Positions 23,596 through 37,470 are shown, numbered from the stretch's first letter. The stretch: DNA of 64,000 nt from Amphiscolops sp. MND2022 (GCA_964187785.1 OZ076414.1:60326001-60390000); one strand, 5' to 3'. Notes: a model not told the origin generated them from the letters alone. Numbers and translations are program-made.

Positions 23596-26500
23596 GTTGT
23601 GAGGATAATCTTCCTCTTTTCCCTAGTGGCAGTCCCCTGAGCCCTGGTGATTTGGCGCGTTTTGGACGTCAACTTGTCGCGGAGGTGGAAGGTCGTACTA
23701 TACAGAGCATTGAGACAGGTTTGTGTTAGTTCATGTTTCATACGTTGCTCGATCGTTTGTCGTCGGTATGGGGGTGGGCAGTTTAAAGGTCATTTGTCCC
23801 ACAGCTTTCAGAGAAGATTGGTGATCAGCGTCGAACGCGGACTTATGGTAGTCACAAGCACCTCCATAAGCGAATGCTGCCTTTGCACCCGGTCTATCCC
23901 GATTTTGTCAGCGGTTCCAAATGCGGCAAGCCTACCTTCTTCTTTTGTCGTGTGTGTCATAGAGATGTGCGAATGAGAGCCCATGGTTCCGGTGAGTTCA
24001 AGAGGCACTTTTCTTCAGATGGGCACTGGTACCGGGACGTGAGCTACCGTGTGCACATGGGGTTGCCTGTGTAAAATAGGCTTCTAGAGCCTATGGAGCT
24101 GTCGACTATTCAGGTTGCTGATTTCAAGTCACGAGCATTTGTTGACCTGGCGGAAGGGTTTCCCTTTCCGGAGGATTTGCTGCCAAAACTTTCAAGTGGG
24201 GTCAAAAGTTTTTTTTTTATGACTTTGATCTCTTGAATCTGTGAGTGACTCCGGAGTGGTGGCGCCTTTGCTCTGTTGCGTCGATTATGGGCTAACTTCC
24301 GTGCTTCTCTGAGAGACAGTGCTCCTGAGTATCAAATTAGTTGGAGTCAAACTGAGACGGTGGTAAGTGTCGTTCCTCATTTCTTATTTATCATTGATTG
24401 TTTTTCGTTTTTTTTTTGGGTGGGGGAGTTCTTTGCTTCTTGTTCTTTGCTGACTATCATAATTGTGTTTCCATTGTTATTTGTTTCAGGCAATAATTTG
24501 TCAAGCGCTTGCACCACGGGTATTACGGCTTATCTTGAGTGCTGTGGGTTCAAGTAACGATTATGGACTATGCTATGAGAGGGGTACGGACGTCGAGCGA
24601 TGTTTCATTCTGTGTTGGCTCAACAATTCGTTGAAGAGGATTTGCATTGGCGAAAAATCATCGGATCAGCTTATGCCAAGATCTGAACTTGTCCCTCTGG
24701 CTCAGTTTGTCCATAGTTTGCCAAATGCGCGTTTGCCCTTGTGCATTGGTGGTGCAAGTCCGTCCCTCATTCATTCGGGTTATAGAAGGCAATCGAAATG
24801 ATGGAAAACGATTTGTTGTTCACCTTCAATTTACAGAGGATGTCTTTCTGCAATGTGTGAGGCAGGCCCACCAAGATGTCTTTGGGATGGTTGAAGTAAC
24901 CAGCATGGTGGATTATGTCGTCATTCGTTTGAAAAGTGCCATCTATGAAGATTGGACTGAAGGGAAGGTTCTTCTTCGCAAGTGTGTACGTTAGGGGTTC
25001 GTTGTCTTTGAAGATCTTCGTGAGCTATTGACTGACCTGATAGACTTGTGGCCGTCAATTCGTCCCGTCATCCGTTACACTGGGCTGCCACACGTGAAAG
25101 ATTATCCTGACAGTGTTAGTTGTAGTTATTCTATTGTGTTTGTTTTGTGTACTGTTGATCCTTGGTTCTGATTCGATGATTCCGTTGAGGTGACGTCTCT
25201 TTGTTGTGTTTCAGTTGAGGGGGATGGACCACACATTGATTTCGGACGGGCTGGTGGCGTACCGTTTTGGATTGTTGCAGTTGATGCTGGATACTTGTGA
25301 GTAGAATGGCTTTGATAATTTTTGGGCGTGGTTGGGTGTAGTTCTTGTAGTTGTGTCACCGTTTTGTTTTATATAAGCCAGTATTGATTGTTTCATGTTT
25401 CAGTTCATATTCATCTGCCCAAGCTGAGAGAGAAACGCAACGATTACGCATTTCACAATTACGGTGAGATGTGCAATTTCGTGTATTGTCTCTTCATGAA
25501 TTGTCGGCCTACCAGGTATCCACGAATGGGAGGAGTACATGGACGTCGACAAAATTTCTAGCTTTTCCGCTGTAGCTCCGGAGGCTTTCCTGGGTCAGTG
25601 CGATTTCGGTAGAAGTCTGTTGTCTGTGAAGACAAGTGAGATGACGAAGTTTCGGACCCGTTGTAGAGAGTTCATTAATCGCCTTGCTGTTCTGGTTGTG
25701 GAGAGTGCTATTGCCAAATCTGTAGTATCGAAAGGGCTGTGCAGTTTTTGTCCGGAACTGATGTTAGAACGTGACGATAATGCTGCGTTTGAGTTGGTCT
25801 CCGAGCTGTGTCGTGTGTTGGAGAGATGCAAAGCTGTTGCAGGTGATGAAGTTAAAGCTGCGCAGGATGAATATAATTCCTACATTATTGAGAGAAGGAG
25901 ACAGCATTGTCGCTTGGAACGTTCAGCTAGTGACATCCCGGATGGGCACCGTTATTTGTTGGACGATATCTTCTTCCGATCGCGATGCCATGTGGTGCGC
26001 ATTTTTAAATTGTGCTGTTCAGTTTTTGGAGAGCCGCATCGCGATTATCCATCGTTTTCTGTGGATTTGGGTGGGTGTGGACTCGAGAAAACTTGTGTAC
26101 AGTTGTGCTCCAGAATTGTGCAAACTTATAATTTGAGTGCAGAATATTGTCATCAATCCTTCTTCACGGAGCATACGTTGGATTTGATTCGTTCAGCAAT
26201 TAGTAATGCTGGACCCTTCTTTATTGGAACGGACTAGAGTGGTCCTGGCATGGATACCTTCATTGACTCGTTTTGTCGTCTATATAATGAGTTCTTGGAA
26301 GAGCGGCGACGAGCGAGTGGCGAGTATTATGCCGAGTGTAACCGGCTCAATCGATTGGCACGCGTGCATCAGGGTTCACGATCTAGTTCTGTGGTGAGGA
26401 GCGCTTCTAGTTCAGTTGGGGAGGAGAGAGATGAAATGGTCAGTACCACGAGTACAAAACGGAGTTGAATGTCTGTTGAAGAAGGTGACTGTTCCTCGAA

Positions 26501-26600
26501 CGGGAAAACACCGAAAACGTCTAAGAAGAAGAAAAAGCCTCAACATCAAGATAAGGATCCTGATGTGTTTCACAAATTGAAGAAGGTTGCCAAAAATTGA
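23596..26600 (+). pseudogene. Antisense spliced cargo gene of C1 (exons 3-7), zinc finger plus hAT-transposase-like, degenerate
   Basis: Exon ends/starts: donor after 23718, donor after 24362, exon 24490-25114, exon 25215-25296 (82 nt), exon from 25404. FFCRVCHRDV..HGSGEFKRHFSSDGHW. Several stops and frameshifts. End coordinate approximate. Confidence 0.8.
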
Positions 26601-26779
26601 ATTGTGAATGCTGACTCTTTTATGTTATAGCATCTTGTACTGTTGATTTGATAATTCGATATATTTCTTTGTTGGGGTACGTCTAGTATCCGGAGTATTT
26701 ATGTATTTTAGAAAGTTCCAAAAAAAATTGACGTAGCCATTCCGGTTCGGTTTGGTATACCGATGCTTTTCATCTAAGC

Positions 26780-29700
26780 TTGAGTTTGACGTGAGTCTCT
26801 GGTAGTAAGTGAGTCTAGCATTCTGAAGTCCGGATTCGCATTGGGTCTCGGGTTAGGTCGTAAGTTGTATCACCCACTTTTCTAGGATTATATCCGACAA
26901 CTATGGGCGGTATTTCGGGAGTTTTTTTTGGAGGGGGGGCTTTCTATAGGGGTGGAGTCAAAATGTAAAGATTGTCACTGACTTCCAGAGTAAATGACGT
27001 AACCTTATCGGAGGATGTTTTATCCCCGTCAGAAGTTTCAACTGTGGCTGTTTTTGCCACTTCATTTTCCGTTGTATTTGCTTCATCTTCTGTCTTGTCT
27101 GTGATTTCGGTGATTGTAGCTTCTTCTGTTAAGTTTTCCGTAGGAGTTCCGAACAGAACTTCTCCGAATTCGGTTTCCCAAGCTCGCGCGTACCAATCAT
27201 TGTGGGTTATTTTAACCTCTGGATCTGGAAGTTAATCTTCCCTTCTGACTGTTACGTCAGGTACTCGCTGATTGGGCGCATATAGCCTTAGGCGAATTCT
27301 ATGGAGGGTTTGCGTATATCGTGTGCCCGTTCGACGTACGACGTAGTTGTTGTTCGATAGGACTTTGACTACCACATAAGGGCCAGTCCAGATGCAATCT
27401 TTGAACGCAAAATTCATCTACTGGTTGTGCGCTTTCGGATTGAGAACGTAGCAGTAGTCGTTGACTTTGAGTGGTGTGGCGGTCGATTTCTTGTCGTAGT
27501 ACTGCTTGTACTTGAGGTAGGATTTCATCAGGTTGTCTTTGGCAGCCTGATGTATTTCAGCTATTTGTTTTTGCAGTTGGTCCGTTAATTCTTCGTTGTT
27601 GTCCTTTTTCCAGTCAGCTTTTATTCCAAACTTGATGTCCAAGATATTGTACAGAATGCGTCCGTGAAACACTGTTGTAGGTTCACAGCCTAAGCTTCCG
27701 TGATACTTTGTGTTGTAGTTCATGACTGCGATTTCGACATATTTGTGCCACAATGATCGTCTCTCTCCTGTTGATACTTTGAGCGAAGCTTTAGGGAGGC
27801 GTGGGTCCTTTCTAGTATGCCAATTGTTTGGGCATGTTTCGTCGATGCATGGTTTATCCGTATATCGAGTGTTTCGGCTATTTTATTGATTATATCTGAT
27901 CTGAATTGTGACCCTTTGTCCGTTAAGATGACGGTTGGTAGGTAACCGTGTCGTGTCATTACATCGATTATACATCGTGCCACTGTTTTTGCTGTCATGT
28001 CTTGTGTTGGGTAGGCGAAAAAGTAACGTGAGAAGACGTCCATCATCGTGAAATTGTGTTGATATCCGTTTGATGAAGACAGATTCGGTAGTAAGTCCAC
28101 TTCCAAACAGTCTTCTGGTCCCATAGTAAATTCAGTGTTGCTCAGCATTTTGGGACGTATTTGTCTCGTGTCGATTCTTTTGTTGGCAATGCAATCTGGA
28201 GAGCTAGTTACCCAGGCTCTGACTTTTCGTGCTAGTTCCGGGAAGTAATATTTCACTCTGCATTCTTGTATCATTTTGGTGATCCCCGGATGCTTGTTTG
28301 TTTTCCCGTGTAGTCTGGAACTAGGTGTTTCAGGATTATGACTTGGTTATGCGTGACTGATCCGTCTTCTCCGTAGTACTTTCGCATTAGGATTCGTGTC
28401 GTAGTAGATTTCGTCCTCGTGGTTCAGTTTTAAGGAGGCGCTTGTCATATTCTTCGTGTGATATCCGTAGTTTCAGAGCTTTAAGAAGTGGATCCGCATC
28501 TTGTTCGTTTCTGATCCGTGCGGTTTCCTTAATTGCACCAAACGAACAAACTGCAGAGATAAGTGGTATTTTGATGACCTCAGTTACCTTGGTTGATAGG
28601 TCTTTTTCGTGTTCTTCCTGGGCACTTTGTTTGCTTAGTGCTTTCCTGGCGAAATTTTCTTGTTCGGATTCTTCTTCCTCATCTGGCAGGAAGAAAAGTT
28701 GTTCCTTGTCGGCGACGTCTGACGATTGTAGGTTAACTTCTATTGGTGACGTTAGGATGTCGCCCCTTAGTTTCAGTTGCACTTTTTCTTTTGTTCTGAG
28801 TTCGAGTCTCGAAAGGAAATCTGCTGCCGTGTTCTGGGAGCCTGCTACGTGCAGGTATCGGAATATAAATTGAAGGACGTAGTCGCAGGCATTCCAAAGT
28901 GCGGGTGGCGTCGTTTTTGTCTGGAAGAATCTTGTTACTGAACGATTGTCTGTCAAAACCAGCGTCGGTATCGTTGTTTCCCATAGGATGTGGCTATATT
29001 CAAGGAATGCATTGTATATAGCTAAACCCTCTTTGCAGTAGATTGACATCTTTAGCCGTGCTGGTGAGAAAACACGTGATCCGAACGCTACAGGCGCAAA
29101 AGTTTTCTTTTTGGAGAGGAGTTTTCGTTCGTCATTTTCTTCTATCAATAGGGAGTAGCCTGATGCTCGGAAACTTGCGTCCGTCATTAGGACGTATTGG
29201 TTTACTGCAATGGGTTGTCTGAGTGCAAGTCCGCATGCTTCCGCTAGACTGGCGTTGATTTCTTTGAAAATGTCGACAGGTTCTTCCGAGATTCTAATTT
29301 TGCAGTAGCTGTGAGCAGTTCGTACATACCAATGAGTTTTTCCGATAGGCGCGGTAGGTAGTTTTGGTAGTAACTGACAAAACCGATGTATTTTTGGACT
29401 TGTTTTTTGGATTTCGGGAATCGAATTTTCGAGAGAAAGTTCTTGAATTTTTGATCCTGCGGGGCTACTCCGTCTGGGGTGATGGTTCATCCAAGAATTT
29501 CAACTTGTCTTACATCAAAATGGCATTTTTCGATGGTCGATTTTAGTCCCGGATTCCTTATACACTTGAAGACTGCTCTGATGTTTATGATGAGTTGTTC
29601 CGTTGTATTTGCGGCTATGCTAATATCGTCAACATATTGTGCGCACTGATCTGCTTTGATGACTCAGTCGAGGTACTCCCGCATGAAGCTTGAAAAGGCT

Positions 29701-31760
29701 GACAGCGCTCTGCGTAGTCCTCGGGCTAGACGACGGTAGGCAAACGTCCTACTAGCAAAGTTAGAAGCAAGTAATTTTACTGACCTTTGATCTTTGTCCT
29801 TTGGAGGCAGTGATTCGCCTGGGAGCAGTCGAGGTTGCAAAACAGTTTTTTCCCTGCTAGGTGTCGTGCCGCGTCTAAGAGGGTGCTGACGGGGTGGTTG
29901 GTTGTTGTTGATTTAGTCATCTGCGATGAGTGCGTTGATTTTTCGCAGATCCACCAATAGTCTCAGCTTGCCGCTGGGTTTCCGTTGTGCGAATATGGGA
30001 CTGGCATACTTGGAGAATGGAATTGTCGTGATTATGCCGTATCTGTACATGAGAGCTAGTTCTACCGTTAGGTCTTCTTTGAGATTGATTGAGACTGGTA
30101 GGCTCTGTGTGTTTACCGGTTTGTCATCTTGTGGAGTTAGACTGCCTTTAAATTGCGTGTTCATTCCGATATCTAGTCTGTGGCGGGCGAAGATGTCATG
30201 GAATTCGACAATGATGTTTTCTAGACTATCACGATCCTTTCCAGTAATTAGAGAGTCTGTCCACTTGAACCTTGCGAGGAACTTGTTTCGGGATTCTTCG
30301 TTTTCAGCTGGATCGAGTTTTTCTAGTTCGACAAGTTCCCGTAGTTCTTTCAAAATGCGTTTTTGTATAGGCGAATGCTCTTGTTCATTGCCAGGGTTTT
30401 CTGGGGTTGGGAACTAGAGTTTTTCTTCATTATCCTCAGGTCATTCTACTTGCATTAGTTCGTTGATGTACGTTACGACGTCGTCTAGTTCTGTGAGGAG
30501 ATTGAGGGCGGCGATGTTGACTGGGCGGATCATCTTCGTTTCTTCTGGTTTTAGAAATTGTAATTCAGCTATTTTGGTGTCTGTAGCTATTGTATAAGGA
30601 AAATCCGTTGTATTGGTGATCTTTATCGCCACGTTTTTGTCTCTAGCAGTTGTTATTGCCGGGGCTACCATTAATTTTGAACATTCATCAAATTGTGGGA
30701 GGGGTTGGATTGTTCCAGTTATTGGATGTTCGGTACTCACTGGTATTGATGCGTAGATGATGCGGGTAGCGTGTGCAGGTATCGTATGCTTGAATTCTGT
30801 TTCGATCATGATGGGCTTCGGGTTGCATTTTTGCATTTCGTCCGTGAGCGCCATCGTGATTTGGATCTTCGTGAAGTCGATTGTTCCTTGTGCAGTGTCT
30901 AGGATTGCGGCATGTTTTCGGAGGAACGCTAGACCTATTATGGGAAATGATGTCTGGTTCATGACAATGAACGTTTCCTCAAAGGTTTAGTCTCCAATTT
31001 CGAAACGTAGGGTGTACGTGGGGAGTGGTTGTTCCAATTCGGCATTAGCGTACCTTTGAAAAGGGGGGGTTCTTTGTTTTTGATGCACTGGTTAGCATTT
31101 TGTGCAAGTATTTCGGCGTCCCTTTCACTAATCGCATTAATGTACGCACCTGAGTCAACTAAGGCGTCGGTTTTGACAGTGTTGAAGTCGACTGGTAGGA
31201 AGAGAATTCTCTTTTTCCTCTTGAGGGCGATTGCAGACATTAACGGAGTGTAGTCGTTATCTTTGTCGTGCTGGATGAAATCTTTGATTACATTTAGATC
31301 ATTCCTCTGAAGGACATTCCGTCAGTTCTTCGTCCTCATTTATCTTTGCTGTGGCCGGCGCGGTTTTTTGTGGTGAAGGAGAACTTGTTTTTTCTCGCTG
31401 CTCTCATTCTTGTTGCGCCCATATTGTTTTGTCTTCGATGCAGATAATGTTTTTTGCGTCTATCGGCTTGGACGTAATGGTGACGGGAACTGTCGGAGAC
31501 GGTGTTGTTCTTTTTGGGATTGGAGACGGCGGTGATGGTAGATTTGTAATCTCTGTGGATTGGGCTTGAGGGTTTGGAACCTGGATTTTGAAAGAGAGTT
31601 TACTTGTGTCATAGATGGTTGGTTCGTCCCAAGGGTCACATCTATAGTTTCCGTCATATATGTAAATTCGTTCCGTTTTTGATTCTGGCAGCGGTCTTCT
31701 GAGTGTTGCATAGTTATCAGGCGACTCCGTTATCCATTGAGGTAGTGGTGTTGGGTTTTC
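26780..31760 (-). pseudogene. pol: C1 pol remnants (pre-protease domain, protease, RT, RNase H, integrase)
   Basis: LVDSGAYINAI, LLVDLRKINALI, QYVDD region, MTDASFRASGY, LTDNRSV, LEVDLLP, TDKGSQF, GILERTH. Ends approximate. Confidence 0.9.
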
Positions 31761-31773
31761 TGGGTGTCAAGCA

Positions 31774-33345
31774 TTATGTCTTAGGATCATTCCGACATTC
31801 CATCGTCGTTGCCAGTCCTGCGTTGGTTCCTCGTTGCATTCGCTTAAAAAATCTTCTTCGTATTGTTGGGGGGTCCTCTATTGTGTACGCCCTCGCGACT
31901 ACTTTTTCCCCAAATCGTAGGGGCGGCGATTTCAGTTTTTGGCTGGGAGGACGGTTTGGGTACAGGATGTTCGTTGATTTTGTTGTTTGTGGGTATGGCG
32001 AATTCTCGCTTTCTTTTCCTGGGGTCATTTGCCACATTAGCTCCGTCCCAGCAGTTCTCGGGTTTGTGCATTTTGCCACACGTATCGCATTTGGGTTTTG
32101 GTGCTTCGTTTTGGTTTGAATCTTTGGTGTTCGTTTTTGTGTTGGCATAGTATCGCTCTTTCCGAAGTCGGCGACACTGTGCTTTGTAGTGGCCATATTT
32201 GCCACAGTGGAAACAAAAACCCCTTTGCTAGTGTTGTTTCTTGTCGTATGTCACTACAGCGTCCACTGTGTTAAGTGGGACTAGGGTCGTTTCATCAGGC
32301 GCGCCTAGTTGGTTTAGTCGCATCTCTCGTTCAAGATCCAGAACGATGTCATTGTAGGGCTTGTCATCTATGTATGCGCTATTGAGGATCTTTTTGACAT
32401 GATCCGGCATTTTGGCGTATATTGTTTTATCAATGAAACTTTGTGCCTCAGATCCAAACGCTTCTTTTGCGGTTTTCTGCAATACGTCGAGGAATTCATA
32501 AAGTTTTTGCTTGGTGGGGTCGAAGTGTAGCGCGTCCCACTCACATTTTGCTTTAGCAGAGGATTGCAAATCGCCGAAGCGACGTTTGAAAGCCGTTATG
32601 ACTTCCTCCGGATTTTCTTTGTGGTGTCATCGAGGTTACAGTACGCTTGGAGTGCGTTTCCTCGTAGCAATGAGTGGAAGTAGTTTATTTTTTGAATCTC
32701 CGTGAGATGAGGGTACATTTTGATGTTATTCGGAATAGGTCCTCAAAAAGTTCAAACTTTTTCGACTTACCATCGAAAACTGGAAGCGAAGCAGTGAGTG
32801 CTTTCGGCATTGGGGGTGGATTGACAGATGGGAATGTCTGCTGTTGGGGAGCGAACAGAACCTTGGATGTAGATGGACGTTCAGTTTGTTGTTCGTTATG
32901 CATACGTTGTTGTTTTGGTCGTTCCGTGGGTTGATTTGTAGAAACATTGAGGACTCCTGTCACTATGTTACGACTATTTACCGGAGTTGTTTTGGGGTTA
33001 GTCGCAGTTATTGTTTTAACAGGTGTTGACGTCCCAGCAACGGTTATGTTTTCAAAGTCAGAATCAGTATCCTGGTCATTGGTGTAAACAGGGCGCATTC
33101 TGCTCAATGGTGCTATCAATTTAAGCATTTCCTTTTGATTCTTAGCTAGTATTTTTGACAGATCAGATAAAATCTCCTTTCTCAAGGTCGTTTTTATTTC
33201 GTCTAAGTTTTCTGGCTCAATCCTGAGAGTTTTACTAGGGCCTGCGATTAGATCCTCAGACGGGATGTTCTTTGTTTACAGAAGCTTCGAAATCGCCAGA
33301 AACTAGCTCAGCTACAGCTCTTCTCTTTTGACTTCTAGTTGTCAT
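31774..33345 (-). pseudogene. gag: C1 gag, starting MTTRSQKRRAV inside the LTR, fragmented
   Basis: ATG at 33345. LPVFDGKSKKFELFEDLFR and AKCEWDALHFDP match C2 gag. Confidence 0.85.
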
Positions 33346-35386
33346 TTTTTCAGGTTGAAAAATCAAAGTCTTCGGCAATATTGAAATCTTCGACGAAGAT
33401 TATTTTTCGTTATTTCAACGGAACAATTCTAGTACCAGTGGAATTACAAAACTGACTTTAACTCTTTACATGTGTTCTACCTATATTTACCTTTCCAGCA
33501 TCATTTGTTCCTCATCTAAAAATTCCCAGGTATCACAAAAATCAGGTTTGTTCATCAAAAGGTGCTAATGATTGAAATCATTTCAGTCCCGCGTCATGAA
33601 ATCAGGTATCGAAATTCCTAGTTGCGTCGCTACTCCGTAATACTCGTGAAATCATTTTGTTCAGGCAAATCCATTTCCTGTTTGAGTCTCAAAACTGCGG
33701 TAAAATAAAAGTCTAGCTGCAATTTTCACCAACGAAAGCACGCCGGCTTGATCAATTAGTCACTTCCCAAGTTAGGAAATTAATGTTCGAAGTAAAAGTA
33801 TGACACTCAAAAATATCGACGGAAATGAAGCGGAGTAAAGGAATTCGGAAAATGGGAAATACCTAAAAACTGGAAACGAACAAACGATGCTGAAACGACA
33901 TATCACTATTATCAACGCAAACAAATTTTCATCATACTTTTAACAATAGTATGGGTTAAACGCAAACAATAACAAAAACAACGAGACAACCCGTTTGTAT
34001 AAAACATCATCACCGTCAAATTGAGAAAATAGTGAAAAATTCTCAGTTATCAAAATAAGCAACAAACTAGCATCGAAATAGTAGCATCTCATGATTGCAG
34101 TAGTGGCACCAACTCAGAAAATTGCAAGAGGGCATTTGGAAAGTGAATTGATCTTACGTTGCATCTTCGGTCTTTTTGTCAAAAAAATATCTTGCATAAG
34201 ATGAAGTTATTCAATTGGAACTCTTCTATCAATGAATTAATTGCAACGTAAGTCAAACGTGTTTTTTGTCATCAGTGAAATGTGCACTTTGTATTATTGC
34301 AATCATTGTATTCAGTGAAAATAGTGAAACTAAGTATATTGAGGTTAGCTTCATGAGGCTGCTTTGATAGCATTGGGGAATTTGTATCTTTTTGAAATTG
34401 GCACCGTTATGGGGTTTATTAAAATCTTGTTATGTTTGTTTCATCACTAACATATTACCAAGTTAACACTTTAATCTCCCTTACAGTACAACTTTTCTCA
34501 TATAAAATCCTGTTCCAAAATCCCTAAATGCGTCCATTCAAAAAGGGAACTGCGTCAGAAATTCGTTTGTACTAATACTTCATATCTGCAGTTTTACAAT
34601 TCGCTCCGTAGTCGCTCCGTACATATTAACATTAGTTATTGCTGAGCGGCGGTGATTGTCGGAGAAAAAACTGAGCGCGTAGCCGAATTCATTCTCTTTC
34701 TCTTAGCTAACTGGCGTTGCTAGGGGCAACCGAGCATAATTCTATCGGCACGACCTTAAATAGTTCAGTTGAGGAACGACGCTATTGGTCCGTAAACATA
34801 GAAACACCCAATATTAGCTCAGTTGAGTGACGCTGTCATAACGTTGTAAACATTTGTTTAAAACCAATTGACTGAGGTTTTAAGCGGTTATTTGACAACT
34901 ACTTTAACACTGAACAAATTACTCCCCTATATTTTGTATGTTTTCCATTTTAGATCGTATGAACTCCGTTGGGATCTCGCAGTTAAACTTTGTTGCTAAT
35001 GTTTTCATTTCAGTGTGGAACAGAAGAGAAAAATGATCCCGTTTTAAAAAATGTCTCTGTTTCAATATTTAGACTGGTATGGAAAAATCAGAAGATGAAA
35101 CCGGAAATAAGAAATAGCGTTCCGCGTGAAAATATTTGACCGGAAGTTTTAGTTAGTCCAAAATCATTTCTCAAAATATTCCGTGACGCTTATGTCATGT
35201 TTTGTAACTGAAAATTACCTACAAATAGTTTAGATGTACTGTAAAGAAAATCAGATTAGCTGACTCATTTTTGTTAGTTCTGTAGTTTGATAGTTCGGTT
35301 CTAATGGTACTTGCAGTACCCTCGTCCGCGTCCTCTTCCTATTGCGAAGCACCTGTCGCACCCACGACCGGGATCGGGTCGTAACA
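32966..35386 (-). repeat. C1 5' LTR, 2421 bp, with mutated PBS TAGTGACAGGAGT at 32953-32965
   Basis: Perfect 9-bp terminal inverted repeats TGTTACGAC...GTCGTAACA. Shares motif blocks with the C2 LTRs. Confidence 0.82.
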
Positions 35387-35955
35387 TCAAATTGTGTGAA
35401 AAACGTTAACTTCCGGTTATGAAAGAGGGTTTTACATTCAATTATGCTATGATGAACTTAAAGATTCTTAAAGGTGGTCTTAAAAGATTAAAACTTAAAA
35501 GATTTTTAGTGGTGGGGGTGGGCAAATTTATTTACCCGTGCAAATTCATGAGAAAATTTGGTATGCTAATAGACATGTTTGTAAGAACAACCATTAATTC
35601 CCTGCTTTTGGTTGAAATGATAGTCGACCACGAGGAAGATTGAATGGTGAATTCTAGCTTTTGAATAGCTTTCGAATCGAAGAATTGTGTGATTGAATTT
35701 CTGAGTCCAACAAATTTGCACTTAGGTTGCTTTCGATAAATGAACATGCTTCAATGGCAGTCGCTTTTTAGGAACACTTCATGGACGTTTTTCCAGAAGT
35801 AGATTGGAACATTGATATCGAAGGTATCGGCTCTCAGAAAAAAATTTCCACGGTTCTTTTTCATGACCTTTTACTTTTCAAACGTTCTGTAACATGGTAC
35901 ACCAATAAACACATGGGCATTGGAAAGACAATTAAAAGAAATTGTAGAAACAACC

Positions 35956-37470
35956 TCAGTGCGAGAATTCATCCCCAACCCTCTTTTTCCAGTTCCATAG
36001 TTTAGATACCTGTCTTCCCAGTAGTTCTAGCACTGATATTGCACTGAGACCCAACCACATTCCCACCAAGCCTCCGACGTTGCTGAGAAAAGTTGCAAAC
36101 GTCATTAAAGGGATTACTTCAAATAATTTTATCTGATTTTCTTTCGGAAAATACAGAGTCAACTCAGCCGTGTGGGGTAAAATTTGCTCGGCAACTTTCA
36201 GTGATTCATTACTCGACTGAATTTTGTGAACCAGTTTTGCGGCTAGAGAAATATTTTGACCAGGAATCATCCCAACAGCTTCTAGTAGACTTTTCATTTT
36301 GAGCGCTGAGTTTCGGTCACGATCTTTCAAAACTGAAGTCTTCAATTCGGTTTTGCTACATTTAGGCAGGCAATTTGATAGGCAGCTTTCTCCAGACGAC
36401 TCAATAATGTCCCATTCGAAAAATGCATCCCGCAAGCATTTTCGATTTCCTTCTTGTTCTAAGCAAACTGTTTCGCCACTGTTGATACCGTAGTTGAAAG
36501 AACAATTACATCTCAGGTAGAGTTTTTTCACGAAACATAACTCCTGACATAATCGTGGATGATAGTTTGAAGAATGTTGTGTTCCTGTAATATTGTGCTC
36601 TTGTGTTGTTTTCTTTGCGCATTCGGCTTTCTCGAAAGAAAAATGTTGTAATTTATGCTCCACATTGGCAGTTACAATAACATGGTCTCTTGCAGCAAGG
36701 GTGAAGCCCTCTAGCGGCGAGAGATGGTCATTTGGATGATGAATTGCAACACTCAACCCGGGATCAACGGAATATTTCCCAAACTTGTGGTTGGGATCAA
36801 AATAGAAACCCAACATCAGCGCCCGGCTAGTTCCAAAACCTCCCAGGTCAATTTGCGCCTTGTAGCACGAGGATGCAAACTCCAGGTGAAATTTGAAGTT
36901 TTGCGAGCAATCACGAAATGAACCAAAAATTATACATGTGGTCAAAAATTGGTTCAAATCCAGTTTAAAGGCGTCCATAATTCTCGGACTCAGCAAAAAA
37001 GTATCGCCAAATGTCGAAGGTAGAATGAAGTCTCTGTGGTTGAATGAGTCATTTTGCAGAACCATTTGCTTCAGAAAATTGATAGATTTTTTGTCATATT
37101 CTGTTCCGTTGTACGCAATAATTTTTTCTTCATCAAAAACAATTTTGTGGCACAATTCAATCATTACTGGATCTGGGTGTTTCGGTTGAGGGACAAACGT
37201 GACTATTGTGATAGGGTTATCCTCAGCGTACTCCTTGAATGTTTGAGAAATGAAAATGAGCATTGTCGCCGTGCAAATAACCCAGATTACAACCCATGTA
37301 ATTTTACTGGCCTTGTCTCTGAGATTTGGGATTAGAGACTGCTTCTGTCTAAATCCGTTTGTTTCTGAGTTGGGATCATTCTGTAGATGTGTGGAAGTAA
37401 CTGCGTCGGTTTCTTGGGACTTGAAGTTCTTCATATTTTTACCTGCAAACACTTTGTCGAAACGCGACAC
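35956..37470 (-). CDS. DEG/ENaC (ASIC/ENaC/pickpocket superfamily) ion channel subunit, single exon, 504 aa
   Basis: TM1 ITWVVIWVICTATMLIFI, Cys-rich ectodomain (CQELC, CNC, CLSNCLPKC), AELTLYF, TM2 FLSNVGGLVGMWLGLSAISVLE with GxS filter. Confidence 0.93.
   Translation of the reverse strand: MSRFDKVFAGKNMKNFKSQETDAVTSTHLQNDPNSETNGFRQKQSLIPNLRDKASKITWVVIWVICTATMLIFISQTFKEYAEDNPITIVTFVPQPKHPDPVMIELCHKIVFDEEKIIAYNGTEYDKKSINFLKQMVLQNDSFNHRDFILPSTFGDTFLLSPRIMDAFKLDLNQFLTTCIIFGSFRDCSQNFKFHLEFASSCYKAQIDLGGFGTSRALMLGFYFDPNHKFGKYSVDPGLSVAIHHPNDHLSPLEGFTLAARDHVIVTANVEHKLQHFSFEKAECAKKTTQEHNITGTQHSSNYHPRLCQELCFVKKLYLRCNCSFNYGINSGETVCLEQEGNRKCLRDAFFEWDIIESSGESCLSNCLPKCSKTELKTSVLKDRDRNSALKMKSLLEAVGMIPGQNISLAAKLVHKIQSSNESLKVAEQILPHTAELTLYFPKENQIKLFEVIPLMTFATFLSNVGGLVGMWLGLSAISVLELLGRQVSKLWNWKKRVGDEFSH

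Larger units (their letters stand above)
23569..35386 (-). mobile_element. Family C copy C1: older, heavily mutated Gypsy element lacking its 3' end
   Basis: 5' LTR, gag, protease, RT, RH and IN fragments, and antisense gene remnant, all colinear with C2. Cut at 23568/23569 by family A sequence. Confidence 0.9.
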
